A stretch of DNA of 47,752 nucleotides, taken from Octopus bimaculoides. Taxonomy: Eukaryota. Shown piece by piece: positions 36,987 to 47,752 of this stretch; the first letter of the stretch is position 1, and each line of letters starts with the position of its first letter. The notes under the pieces are model-generated. The model was not told where the DNA came from. It did no database searches and saw nothing but the letters and a program-made list of their open reading frames with translations. Made by a program: the position numbers and the translations under genes. The stretch is from positions 2,332,325 to 2,380,076 of the forward strand of contig NC_068983.1 of NCBI RefSeq assembly GCF_001194135.2, in the 5' to 3' direction.

Positions 36987-39900
36987 TATAATATATATAT
37001 ATATATANNNNNNNNNNNNNNNNNNNNNNNNNNNNNNNNNNNNNNNNNNNNNNNNNNNNNNNNNNNNNNNNNNNNNNNNNNNNNNNNNNNNNNNNNNNNN
37101 NNNNNNNNNNNNNNNNNNNNNNNNNNNNNNNNNNNNNNNNNNNNNNNNNNNNNNNNNNNNNNNNNNNNNNNNNNNNNNNNNNNNNNNNNNNNNNNNNNNN
37201 NNNNNNNNNNNNNNNNNNNNNNNNNNNNNNNNNNNNNNNNNNNNNNNNNNNNNNNNNNNNNNNNNNNNNNNNNNNNNNNNNNNNNNNNNNNNNNNNNNNN
37301 NNNNNNNNNNNNNNNNNNNNNNNNNNNNNNNNNNNNNNNNNNNNNNNNNNNNNNNNNNNNNNNNNNNNNNNNNNNNNNNNNNNNNNNNNNNNNNNNNNNN
37401 NNNNNNNNNNNNNNNNNNNNNNNNNNNNNNNNNNNNNNNNNNNNNNNNNNNNNNNNNNNNNNNNNNNNNNNNNNNNNNNNNNNNNNNNNNNNNNNNNNNN
37501 NNNNNNNNNNNNNNNNNNNNNNNNNNNNNNNNNNNNNNNNNNNNNNNNNNNNNNNNNNNNNNNNNNNNNNNNNNNNNNNNNNNNNNNNNNNNNNNNNNNN
37601 NNNNNNNNNNNNNNNNNNNNNNNNNNNNNNNNNNNNNNNNNNNNNNNNNNNNNNNNNNNNNNNNNNNNNNNNNNNNNNNNNNNNNNNNNNNNNNNNNNNN
37701 NNNNNNNNNNNNNNNNNNNNNNNNNNNNNNNNNNNNNNNNNNNNNNNNNNNNNNNNNNNNNNNNNNNNNNNNNNNNNNNNNNNNNNNNNNNNNNNNNNNN
37801 NNNNNNNNNNNNNNNNNNNNNNNNNNNNNNNNNNNNNNNNNNNNNNNNNNNNNNNNNNNNNNNNNNNNNNNNNNNNNNNNNNNNNNNNNNNNNNNNNNNN
37901 NNNNNNNNNNNNNNNNNNNNNNNNNNNNNNNNNNATATATATATATATATATATATATATAGTATACTGTTCAGTAAAGATGAGACCAACAATAATGTAC
38001 TCCATCTGGTGAGATGTAAATATTGTTTAATAAACACTGTATATATTTCTTATGACCTTCTGATAGTTTCATGCTATGAAAATGACTCGAACAGCACTTT
38101 ATAACACGTCTGGTGCCTTCACGCAATCCTCGGGCTATTCTCAAATGGCATAGTAAGCAAAAACAGGATGATACAGTTGTAGTTTATACCATGTGGCCAT
38201 GAAAGTCCGATAGATCTGTCATTTTAATGAATTTTAATTATCTTTTCCTAATGATATCTGAAAAGAAACAGCAATTTAGCAAAACATATTAAGCAACACT
38301 AATAATAAATCGAAAACCATACAAATAATCAAGCTTTTGATGGTTTTATAGATATTTCAAAATTATGATGCCAGGTGTTTCCATTATTTTGTCCAACTCT
38401 TGTATATATACATACATTCCTAACAATTGGTATATGCCACAAAATGTGATTATAAATAAATATATATCACTAGATACGATTAGGGTGTTAGACAACACCT
38501 ATATTGCTAGAAATAAGAGCTAAAACGCTCTAATCCTTTAGTTAACGCACATGAAATCATGTACACTGACAGTGACCATAATCGTCCGAAAAATGCCGAC
38601 CGAGAATTCTTAATACTGACGCGTCAGTGTCGGCAATTTCCGTTATTCATCTGCTCAGACAGGTCACCTTCGGCCTGTTCCGGACTTGCTTCGACATCAG
38701 TATTTATGTTTTCGTCATTCAAATAATTGAATGACTTAGCGATTCGCTAATGTTTATATATAAAATTCATATAAACAGCAGTTTGCAATGTTTCTTCAAG
38801 AAGGAGAATTGAAAATGTCACCTTACAAATGACATACTTATATATATATATATATNNNNNNNNNNNNNNNNNNNNNNNNNNNNNNNNNNNNNNNNNNNNN
38901 NNNNNNNNNNNNNNNNNNNNNNNNNNNNNNNNNNNNNNNNNNNNNNNNNNNNNNNNNNNNNNNNNNNNNNNNNNNNNNNNNNNNNNNNNNNNNNNNNNNN
39001 NNNNNNNNNNNNNNNNNNNNNNNNNNNNNNNNNNNNNNNNNNNNNNNNNNNNNNNNNNNNNNNNNNNNNNNNNNNNNNNNNNNNNNNNNNNNNNNNNNNN
39101 NNNNNNNNNNNNNNNNNNNNNNNNNNNNNNNNNNNNNNNNNNNNNNNNNNNNNNNNNNNNNNNNNNNNNNNNNNNNNNNNNNNNNNNNNNNNNNNNNNNN
39201 NNNNNNNNNNNNNNNNNNNNNNNNNNNNNNNNNNNNNNNNNNNNNNNNNNNNNNNNNNNNNNNNNNNNNNNNNNNNNNNNNNNNNNNNNNNNNNNNNNNN
39301 NNNNNNNNNNNNNNNNNNNNNNNNNNNNNNNNNNNNNTGTGTGTGTGTGTGTGTGTGTTTAAGAAATAATATTGCGAGAAAATTACCTCCCCCCCCCCCA
39401 CCGCCCCATACACTGCTCATTATTGTCTCACGAGAGATCTCTGTGCAAATTTTGCCGCCAGACATAAAATGGTTTAACTGATGATGTCTAACTTACCAAG
39501 ATATCATGTTTCCAGCAACAGATTGTAATTAACTGCAAACAATATGAATAATTGTAAACAGATAAGAATTCTCTTATAAAGTGCACGTTTCCAGCCAAAT
39601 ATTTAAGTTAAGAAACGAAAACACATTTCTCTTCACTTCTGTTTGATTAAGTAACACGGTGATGTATAAACAGAGAGAGTGGGAGGAGAGAGAAAGGGAG
39701 AGAGAGAGGGGGGAGAAAGAGAGAGGAAGAAAGAGAGAGGGGAAGAGAGGAAGAAAGAGAGAGGGGAAGAGAGTGGATTGACTTTTGTGTTGTGCAGTCG
39801 TGAAGATATCCTGCAAGTTTTCTATAATCAACATTGATTTGTCTTATAAATATTATAAACGGTGCCTACAACAACGATATCCAACTCGAATACAATACAA

Positions 39901-40239
39901 CTAAAACGTCGTCGTGTTATGTCAGTGTGTAAACATACACGATGTAATACATTTAAATAAGCATTATTATTTACACCTTTCTCTCTCTCAAACTGGAATT
40001 ACTATTAATTTAATCCAAGCACAAACTTACAAGTTATGATATATATATATATATCCGTTATATGTGAGTGAGTCAGACGCTGTGGCGTTCATTCTTTACC
40101 CCACAACAATGGATCTCAAAATGATTTTGCCACCGAACATTTACAAGACTTTCCAAAAACGGTGGAGCCTATAGTCATATTTACCAGACCACTCCTTCCA
40201 AGCCCCTAACTTCAAGACATCCAATGAAAAGACATGTAG

Positions 40240-40330
40240 CTTAGTGACCAGGGTATTCGACACACGACTGTATGGCCATGAGTTCGATTCCTTGTGGCAC
40301 GTTGTGTCATTGAGCAACACACATTTTCCG
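40240..40330 (+). mobile_element. Degenerate tRNA-SINE head (family C-like)
   Basis: tagcttagtg...gagttcgattcc...gttgtgtcattgagcaacacac. Confidence 0.45.
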
Positions 40331-41860
40331 AGTGGCTATCAACGTCCAGCGTTCAATATTGCCTGTAGTCTTCTTCAACTTTCTTACCTTTCAGGACCCA
40401 TACAATTATTGCCCTTAACATACATATATTTATAGGTGTGTACAATTATATTTATCACGTCCGTATTTACTCAAACGTGGCAATACATTCTCTGCGAGAG
40501 TTCCCTGAAGAGAAATTCTCTTTAAAGACATTGTGGACGAAAACCACACCGCTGGGTTGCGTGTTTCTGCATCGTTACGCTTCATCAGCTACAGACGTTG
40601 AATTCATCATTGACAACCGTTTTTGCACTTAAGCAACAACTAAAATATTTGTACTGTTTTGTGCCAAAACTTTGTCAAGTCGGAACTAATTGGAGTTAGG
40701 ATTGTGAAATTATAGAAAAAAATAATTAAATCCATTATAAATTCTTTATCTAAGGGCATTGGATAACACACGCAGTTGAATGATAAGCAGAAGGTATTAG
40801 TAGATTATCTCCCTTATATGGATTAACAGACCATTTCGAGGTAGTGTTTCATCACTCGTAGCCAGATAGATGAATCAAATGGCGGCGGTGGACTACTACA
40901 CTTATATTAACGGATAAAATTGTTGTTGTGTTACTACTGAACTGAGATAATCTGCTGGTCAACGTATTGAAAGTGGATTACGCCTTTACAGAAACCTGCC
41001 ATCAAAATATCTTGTAATATTTAGTTTACCATTTGCGTTGGGTGTTTGTTCAAAATCTCGTAGAATATTTGTTCCCCTCCTTGGGATCAATGAAATAAGT
41101 ATTAAGTATATGACAGTCATGGTTGCACGTTTAAGAAATGTGCTTTGCAGCCACGTGGATACGTGTTCAATCCCAGCGTATGTCATTATGAGGTTATTGG
41201 GCCAATAGACTTCATCTGTTGCCCCTGTTTAGCAACCATGTCTTTGGATATTTTTAGGGCTATTTCCTCATTCAGATGATTTCTGTCTGAGAAAGTAGGT
41301 CCTGTCTTTCTGTGAGTTATCTGGAATACATGTAAACGGTTTCGGGACACAATCAGGCAAAATTAAATACACTGGGGTAGTTATAGTCGATTGTCCATAC
41401 TCCATGTGTGACCACCTTATAACTTTTTATTAAACATTTTTTTCCTAAATAGGGATTGCGACCCGATAAACTTGTATCCAGGGACTTGGGTCGTGGTCTG
41501 CATCGGCAAGACTTATACTATTTCGAAAAACATCAGAAAGACTACACTGACAAACGAAAGCAATGCGAGAAACAGAGCATTCGACGTTTCAGATAGAAAC
41601 TTTGATCATGACTAAGATGATAGGAAAGGAAAATAGAAAAGAGAGCAGTTTTAATCCTTTTTGTTTATTGCTCCAACCAATGGGGAACGCAAAGCAACAT
41701 GAGCTTCATACATAGATAGGAATTGTTAGGCTATAAAAGAGAGATACGAGACAAAGAGAAACATGAAAAGGGGAAGAGAAGCCGGTGAGAGTAAAATGGA
41801 GCTTCTCGGACATAGAGGATGTAATACTGTGCTCTCACTTATTTCGTACCTGTCATCTTC

Positions 41861-41955
41861 ACTCTGAAGAAGTACTCTGTCAGAAGTACTCTGTCAGAAG
41901 TACTCTGTCAGAAGTACTCTGTCAGAAGTACTCTGTCAGAAGTACTCTGTCAGAA
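41861..41955. repeat. 14-bp tandem repeat (ACTCTGTCAGAAGT), about 6.8 units
   Basis: Five perfect units at 41874-41943, plus a variant first unit and a partial last unit. Confidence 0.95.
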
Positions 41956-42363
41956 ACGTTCGATACTCCACAGCAATTTCACTGGACACTTTCTGTCGCA
42001 TGATTTAATAAACAATGTTTTCGTCATTTCACTGAACAATGTAAACATGGTTTTGACAGGTTTATAACAAGTGAATGGAATCAATATTCCTGAAGAATAT
42101 CCTGTATCTCAACTTACACTTTCCTCTAGCTCTTCTCTCTTTCTTTCTCCTTATTTTCCTTTTTTCTCTTTTACTGCCATTTCCACTGTGTTGTTCTTCT
42201 TCTTTACATCACCTCTATAATTATGACCATTCCGTCTAGTTTTACTACGATTCAAGAATATTCACTTTTTCACAATAGATTTCAAGATATACTTTAAAAC
42301 AAAAGTTCAATAAACGTTATTTAATACATGTAATTAATCGTTGTTGTCTTTGTTGTTGTTGTT

Positions 42364-42443
42364 TTCTTCTTCTTCTTCTTCTTCTTCTTCTTCTTCTTCT
42401 TCTTCTTCTTCTTCTTCTTCTTCTTCTTCTTCTTCTTCTTCTT
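42364..42443. repeat. (CTT)n microsatellite
   Basis: Directly visible. Confidence 0.95.
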
Positions 42444-42899
42444 CTGTCTTGAAGCATCCGTTGTTCTGTTGTTTATTAATATTTGTCTTTTCTCTAACAG
42501 ACGTTAAATTGGTTTTCAATGTTGTTGAAAAATTTACTGATGCGTTAACGGCATTTTGTGTCAGTGCTAGACGTCTTGTATAAGAGAATATAGCTACAGA
42601 TTGTAGTGTGTGCAGAGGGACAACAATAATAATGATGATGACGATGATGATGATAATCATGAGGATGATATGTAGTAGTAGTAGNNNNNNNNNNNNNNNN
42701 NNNNNNNNNNNNNNNNNNNNNNNNNNNNNNNNNNNNNNNNNNNNNNNNNNNNNNNNNNNNNNNNNNNNNNNNNNNNNNNNNNNNNNNNNNNNNNNNNNNN
42801 NNNNNNNNNNNNNNNNNNNNNNNNNNNNNNNNNNNNNNNNNNNNNNNNNNNNNNNNNNNNNNNNNNNNNNNNNNNNNNNNNNNNNNNNNNNNNNNNNNN

Positions 42900-42975
42900 G
42901 TCCGTACTGGGGTCGATCTAATCGACTGACTCTCTCCTCCAAAATTTCGGGCCTTGTTCCTAGAGTAGAAAATAT
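42900..42975 (+). mobile_element. SINE family A 3' end
   Basis: gtactggggtcgatctaatcgactgac...caaaatttcgggccttgttcctagagtagaaaa. Confidence 0.65.
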
Positions 42976-43899
42976 TATATTCATTATATCGATATAATAT
43001 TTGGTGTTGAAAATTTCCAAAGCTTAAAGTTAATTATTCAAGGTATAAAGTTTACTTGTGACATTTGACGTAGAAAACAAACCAAGTCTCGGAGGCGAAA
43101 AGCCCGAATGAACTGAATCAATTTCAGTTGGTTGTATAGTTTCAGTTAGAATTTTCTCACAAACTTTCCTTCTCATGTTGTTTATTTCTGAATCTGACAG
43201 TTTGCATAATTCTAAATTCTTCGGAAAATCTCTGGCACCTCAGATGCTAGCATTTGCCAATTAATTGTTTGGATCACTTCCAAAAGACAGCAAATCTTAA
43301 TTTTTCTTCTTCATTCCCTGCATTTCCCTGGTGGTAAGGTATCGTTGTTGTTCTGAAGAAATTGTTCCTCACCAGTTGTCGGTGTTTTATGGGCTATCTT
43401 CTTTCTTCAAGTTTTTCTTTTTCTTTTTTTCCCTCCTTTTTTATTTCCACTGATTGTTTTATGTATTCATCTGCGAGGATTATTTCTTCATCTCACGATC
43501 CTGATTGGTGCTCCTGGCTGCTATTGGTAAGGGAACGAGATGTTTGATAATTTATTTCTAAAGAAATTTCTCATACCATCCCCAGAAAATCCTTTCATAA
43601 GCATTACGACATTGCAAATGACAACACTTTTGGGAACAGCAACTATCCTTCAGGATGTTACATAATTTGATTGGGAAGTAATTAGAAGATCCAATCCGCC
43701 CATGATCATCACCGTGCAAAAAAGAATAATACTCTTTTCTATTCTTGGCACAAAGTTAACCAATTACATCGATCCAATGCATAATTGGTTCTTATTTCAT
43801 CGATCCCGAACGGATGAAACGCCAAGTCGATCTCAACATAAAGACGGGAGAAATGCTGCTGAATAGTTTATTAGAATATACTAACGATTCTTTTATTCC

Positions 43900-44097
43900 T
43901 TTACTTGTTTCAGCCATTTGACTGTGGCCATGCTTCAGCACCGCTTTTAGTGGAGCAAATCGACCCCAGGATTTATTCTTTGTAGGCCTAGTACTTATTC
44001 TGTCGGTCTCTTTTGCCGAACTGCTATGTTACGGAGACGTAAACACACCAGCATCGATTGTCAAGCGATGTTGGGGGGACAAACACAGACACACAAA

Positions 44098-44110
<13 letters not shown>
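43900..44110 (-). mobile_element. SINE family B fragment running into (CA)n
   Basis: tttcagccatttgactgtggccatgc...aaatcgaccccagg...gggggacaaacacagacacac. Confidence 0.8.
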
Positions 44111-44242
<132 letters not shown>

Positions 44243-46275
44243 TGGTTGTAAAGATCAGCTACTTATCAATAAGATGATCTTGGAAGATTGTCACAAACGA
44301 TACAAAAGCTTGTCAATAGCCTGGGTAGACAATAAAAAAGCTGTTGATAGTTTAGCACATCGCTGGATTAAGAAATATCTGGAAATGTATAAAATAACAC
44401 CTACTCTGCGAAACTTCTTGTCTGTATGAGATCATGGATAACCACACTGAGTTTTGAATAGTGGAAATAAATCTCTCAATGCTGGAGATGGGAGAATTTC
44501 ATGTGGTATTTTCCAGGGTGACTATCACCAGTCCTCTTTTGTCTAGCCTTAATACCTCTCTCAAAATTGCTCGATGGTGTACACTACCACTATGAAATAT
44601 TTGATAAAAATATAATTCATCTCATTTACATGGATGATTTAAAGCGCTTTGCAAAAAGTGACCAACAACCACAGAGCTTATAAGCAATTGTTAGACAATT
44701 CAGTAATGACATCAGGATGCAATTTGGTCTTGATAAATGTGCGAAAGCTATCTTTATCAAAGGAAAAATGACAGAAAAATCTAACGTTTATCTTGATGTG
44801 CAGAATGTCATAAAGGCGTTAGAACAAGTGGAGAGTTACAAATACCTAGGGGTATTTGCAGGTGATGTAATCAAATATTCAATGAGGAGGGAAACGATCA
44901 GAAGAGAATGTTATCGCAGGGTGAGAGCAATACTGAAGACAGAGCTGAACGCAAGAAACAGGATCGAAGCGATCAATACTTTAGCCATACCAGTCGTGAC
45001 TTACAGTTTTAATATCGTTAATTGGTCAATTACTGAAATATGTAATCTTGACTGAAAAATAGGAAAACTGTTGACAATGCATAGAATGCACCACCCTAAG
45101 GCAGATAGTAAACGACTTTACCTGCCATGAAAAGAGGGTGGCCGTGGACCTCTACAACTAGAATCAACAATGAATATTGCCATAATTCGCCTAGAAAGCA
45201 TCATACTTAGTAACAAAACAGGCAAAGAAATATCTAAGTGAATTCCAAATACAACAAATTCCAGAATTAGACGTATTAGAAACAAGCACAGAAAAAGCTA
45301 TGCGTATGAAAACCCGTGCTAAAACTGCTGCCTTAAATATTCTTGTTGATAAATTGCAAGAAAAACCTCTCAATGGCAAATACCCAAAGGGAGCTAATAG
45401 TGTCGATGTTGACTAAGCACTTACCCATCAATAGTTAGCGGTTTCTGGCTTGAAATACGAAACAGAAGGGTCTATCATAGCAGCCCAAGATCAATGCCTA
45501 CCTACAAGGGACTACCAGGCCAACATGTTAAAGAACGGCAGTAGCGCAACATGCCGTGTATGGAAACAACAGAATGAAACCATTGACCATGTTGTCTCCA
45601 TATGCAGTCTTCTTGCGCCTACAGAGTATTTCAACAGGCATGATAGAGCAGCACAATATATTCACTGGGTAATTTGCAAAAACCTGGACCTGCCCCATGA
45701 TAAAAACTTGTGGGAACACAAACCACATCAAGTGCTTAAAAGTGATAACATCTCACTCCTCTGGAATTTCACCGTTCAAACTGACAGAAAGATAAATGCG
45801 AATTGGCCAGACATTATATCGAAAGACTTCAGACAAAAATCATGCCTCCTCATTGATATGACTGTCCCAATCGATATAAACGTATCTGTCAAGACCTACC
45901 ACAAACTGAGCAAGCATAAAGATATTGAAATAGAAATTGGCAACATGCGGAACCTCAAGAATAAAACAATACCTGTTGTCATAGGTGTCCTAGGAATGAT
46001 AGCAAAAGGGGCTGGTTGCGACCTTGCTCCCATACCAGGAAACCCCAAAACGACATAAATTCAAAAGATAGTACGTAAAATAGTGTTTATGTTATCTCGA
46101 ATTTTAAAACAAACCCATATTTTCTTAAACATTCTCTAGAACAATACTATCTACAAAACCAAATATATGGTACCCTAGGCATAACACCAACATGAACTTC
46201 GAACTTGTTGTCTCTTGAGGTCTCTGGGAGAGACTTGGAGCCAACTTGTACAAATGCAAAGCAAAAGTCAAACAT
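44243..46275 (+). mobile_element. R4/Dong-type LINE, 5'-truncated 2-kb copy (RT, CCHC and REL), inactivated
   Basis: GCKDQLLINKMILED, IFQGD, YMDDLKRFA, FGLDKCAK, ESYKYLG, AAQDQCL, CRVWKQQNETIDHVVSIC, RHDRAAQYIHW, LWNFTVQTDR...WPDII...LIDMTVP and IPVVIGVLG. Multiple stops; 3' UTR extends to about 46275. Confidence 0.95.
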
Positions 46276-46284
46276 TTTTTTTTT

Positions 46285-46608
46285 TTAGTTGTTTCAGTCA
46301 TTTGACTGTGGCCATGCTGGAGCACCGCCTTTAGTCGAGCAAATCGACCCCAGGACTTATTCTTTGGAAGCCTAGTACTTATTCTATCGGTCTGTTTTGC
46401 CGAACCGCTAGGTTACGGGGACGTAAACACACCAGCATCAGTTGTCAAGCGATGTTGGTGGACAGACACACAAACACATACATACACATACATATATATA
46501 CATATATACGACGGACTTCTTTCAGTTTCCGTCTACCAAATCCACTCACAAGGCTTTGGTCGGCCCGAGGCTATAGTAGAAGACACTTGCCCAAGGTGCC
46601 GCGCAGTG
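46285..46608 (-). mobile_element. SINE family B copy
   Basis: Full body from ttgtttcagtcatttgactgtggcc to gacacttgcccaaggtgccgcgcagtgg, cut by a gap. Confidence 0.85.
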
Positions 46609-46805
46609 GNNNNNNNNNNNNNNNNNNNNNNNNNNNNNNNNNNNNNNNNNNNNNNNNNNNNNNNNNNNNNNNNNNNNNNNNNNNNNNNNNNNNNNNNNNN
46701 NNNNNNNNNNNNNNNNNNNNNNNNNNNNNNNNNNNNNNNNNNNNNNNNNNNNNNNNNNNNNNNNNNNNAGGAGGAGGAGGAGGAAGTGGAAGGGAGAAGA
46801 AGAAG

Positions 46806-46845
<40 letters not shown>

Positions 46846-47608
46846 ACTACCACAACAACAACAGCCACAACGATATTTCTCATTTGTGCTATTTTTCCTT
46901 GTCACTGAAAGGAAGCCATATTGTTATCGAATATTTCTCGATCGGTTTACAGCAGACGTAACCATGGTGATGAAAGTGACGTCAGCGTGGGTGGGATGAT
47001 TTCTTTCCCTGTTGTAGTAAACTTCCTCTTCTTCCTTCCTAGCATAGAAGAATATGGCCGAATGGCAGAAATTATTATCACATTAACAACTGCGGCCATT
47101 TGGGCCTCTGAAAGGAATGGCATCAGGCAAATATAAAGTTTCTCTCATACAATGTTTCCTTCTGTGACAGTCGGTCGTCGATATAAGCAAACATGTTTTG
47201 CGATCTCAAGAAATTCTCTGACTCGGGTACCTACAGTGTCGTCTCTCCTAGGCCCTGGCGATGCCAACAGTAACATATACAGTGACAGTAGTAAGAATAA
47301 ACTACATTGCACCGTTGAAACATAAAACCTACGGAAATGACAGTGACGAGACGAACAATGTGTGACACTGGGCCAGAAATGTGATGAAAAATATACAACA
47401 GAAACGACGACGACAAATGAGAGCGAAAAGCAAAACATATTGAATGGGAAAGTTTCTTCCAGATTTGAGGAATCGACTTGAGACGGGGAAGCTTTGAGAA
47501 TAGAATCAAGCACTTTAGGCCTCACATATACATTTTGCACATTTATTTGAATGAGTCACGTGGAAATCATGAAATCATGACAGCATGTTGGGAGAATAAG
47601 ATATCATA

Positions 47609-47752
47609 GATGGGTGGATAGATGGATGGATGGATGAAGGGATGGATGGATGGGTGGATGGATGGGTGGATGGGTGGATGGGTGGATGGATGGGTGGATG
47701 GATGGATGGATGGGTGGATGGGTGGGTGGATGGATGGATGGATGGGTAGATG
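47609..47752. repeat. (GATG/GGTG)n tetranucleotide tract
   Basis: Directly visible to the window end. Confidence 0.95.

Noticed and set aside
35489-39465. Long ORFs made mostly of X
   Set aside because: They stay open only because of N gaps flanked by (TA)n or (TG)n.
41861-41955. CRISPR-like array
   Set aside because: Contiguous 14-bp tandem units with no spacers, in a eukaryotic context.

Overview
AT-rich, microsatellite-dense eukaryotic DNA with many N-gaps, nearly all flanked by simple repeats (short-read assembly). The SINE/LINE content suggests an octopus/cephalopod genome (inference). One host gene is supported: three + strand 3' exons (17019-17260, 20696-20721, 24982-25239) that splice in frame to give the C-terminus of a type-B carboxylesterase/cholinesterase-like protein with a stalk, one TM helix and a tail ending -VTKF. 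Its upstream exons were not found and may lie in gaps or outside the window. The rest is decayed mobile DNA: Penelope-like elements, R4/Dong-type and CRE-type LINEs, RTE and Gypsy relics, an internally deleted Tc1/mariner element, several tRNA-derived SINE families and a Helentron-like element. Best leads: (1) a tRNA-headed SINE with a hammerhead-ribozyme-like tail, bounded by a perfect 12-bp TSD and inserted tail-to-tail on an older copy of itself (21064-21722); (2) a frame-switching 26-nt microexon that could give the esterase TM, soluble or hydrophobic-tail C-termini; (3) a 54-bp intronic stem with only G.U mismatches; (4) an unexplained CpG-rich hairpin cluster at 38590-38780. Most ORFs in the supplied track are repeat or gap artefacts. 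All family calls come from motif recognition by eye; no searches were run.
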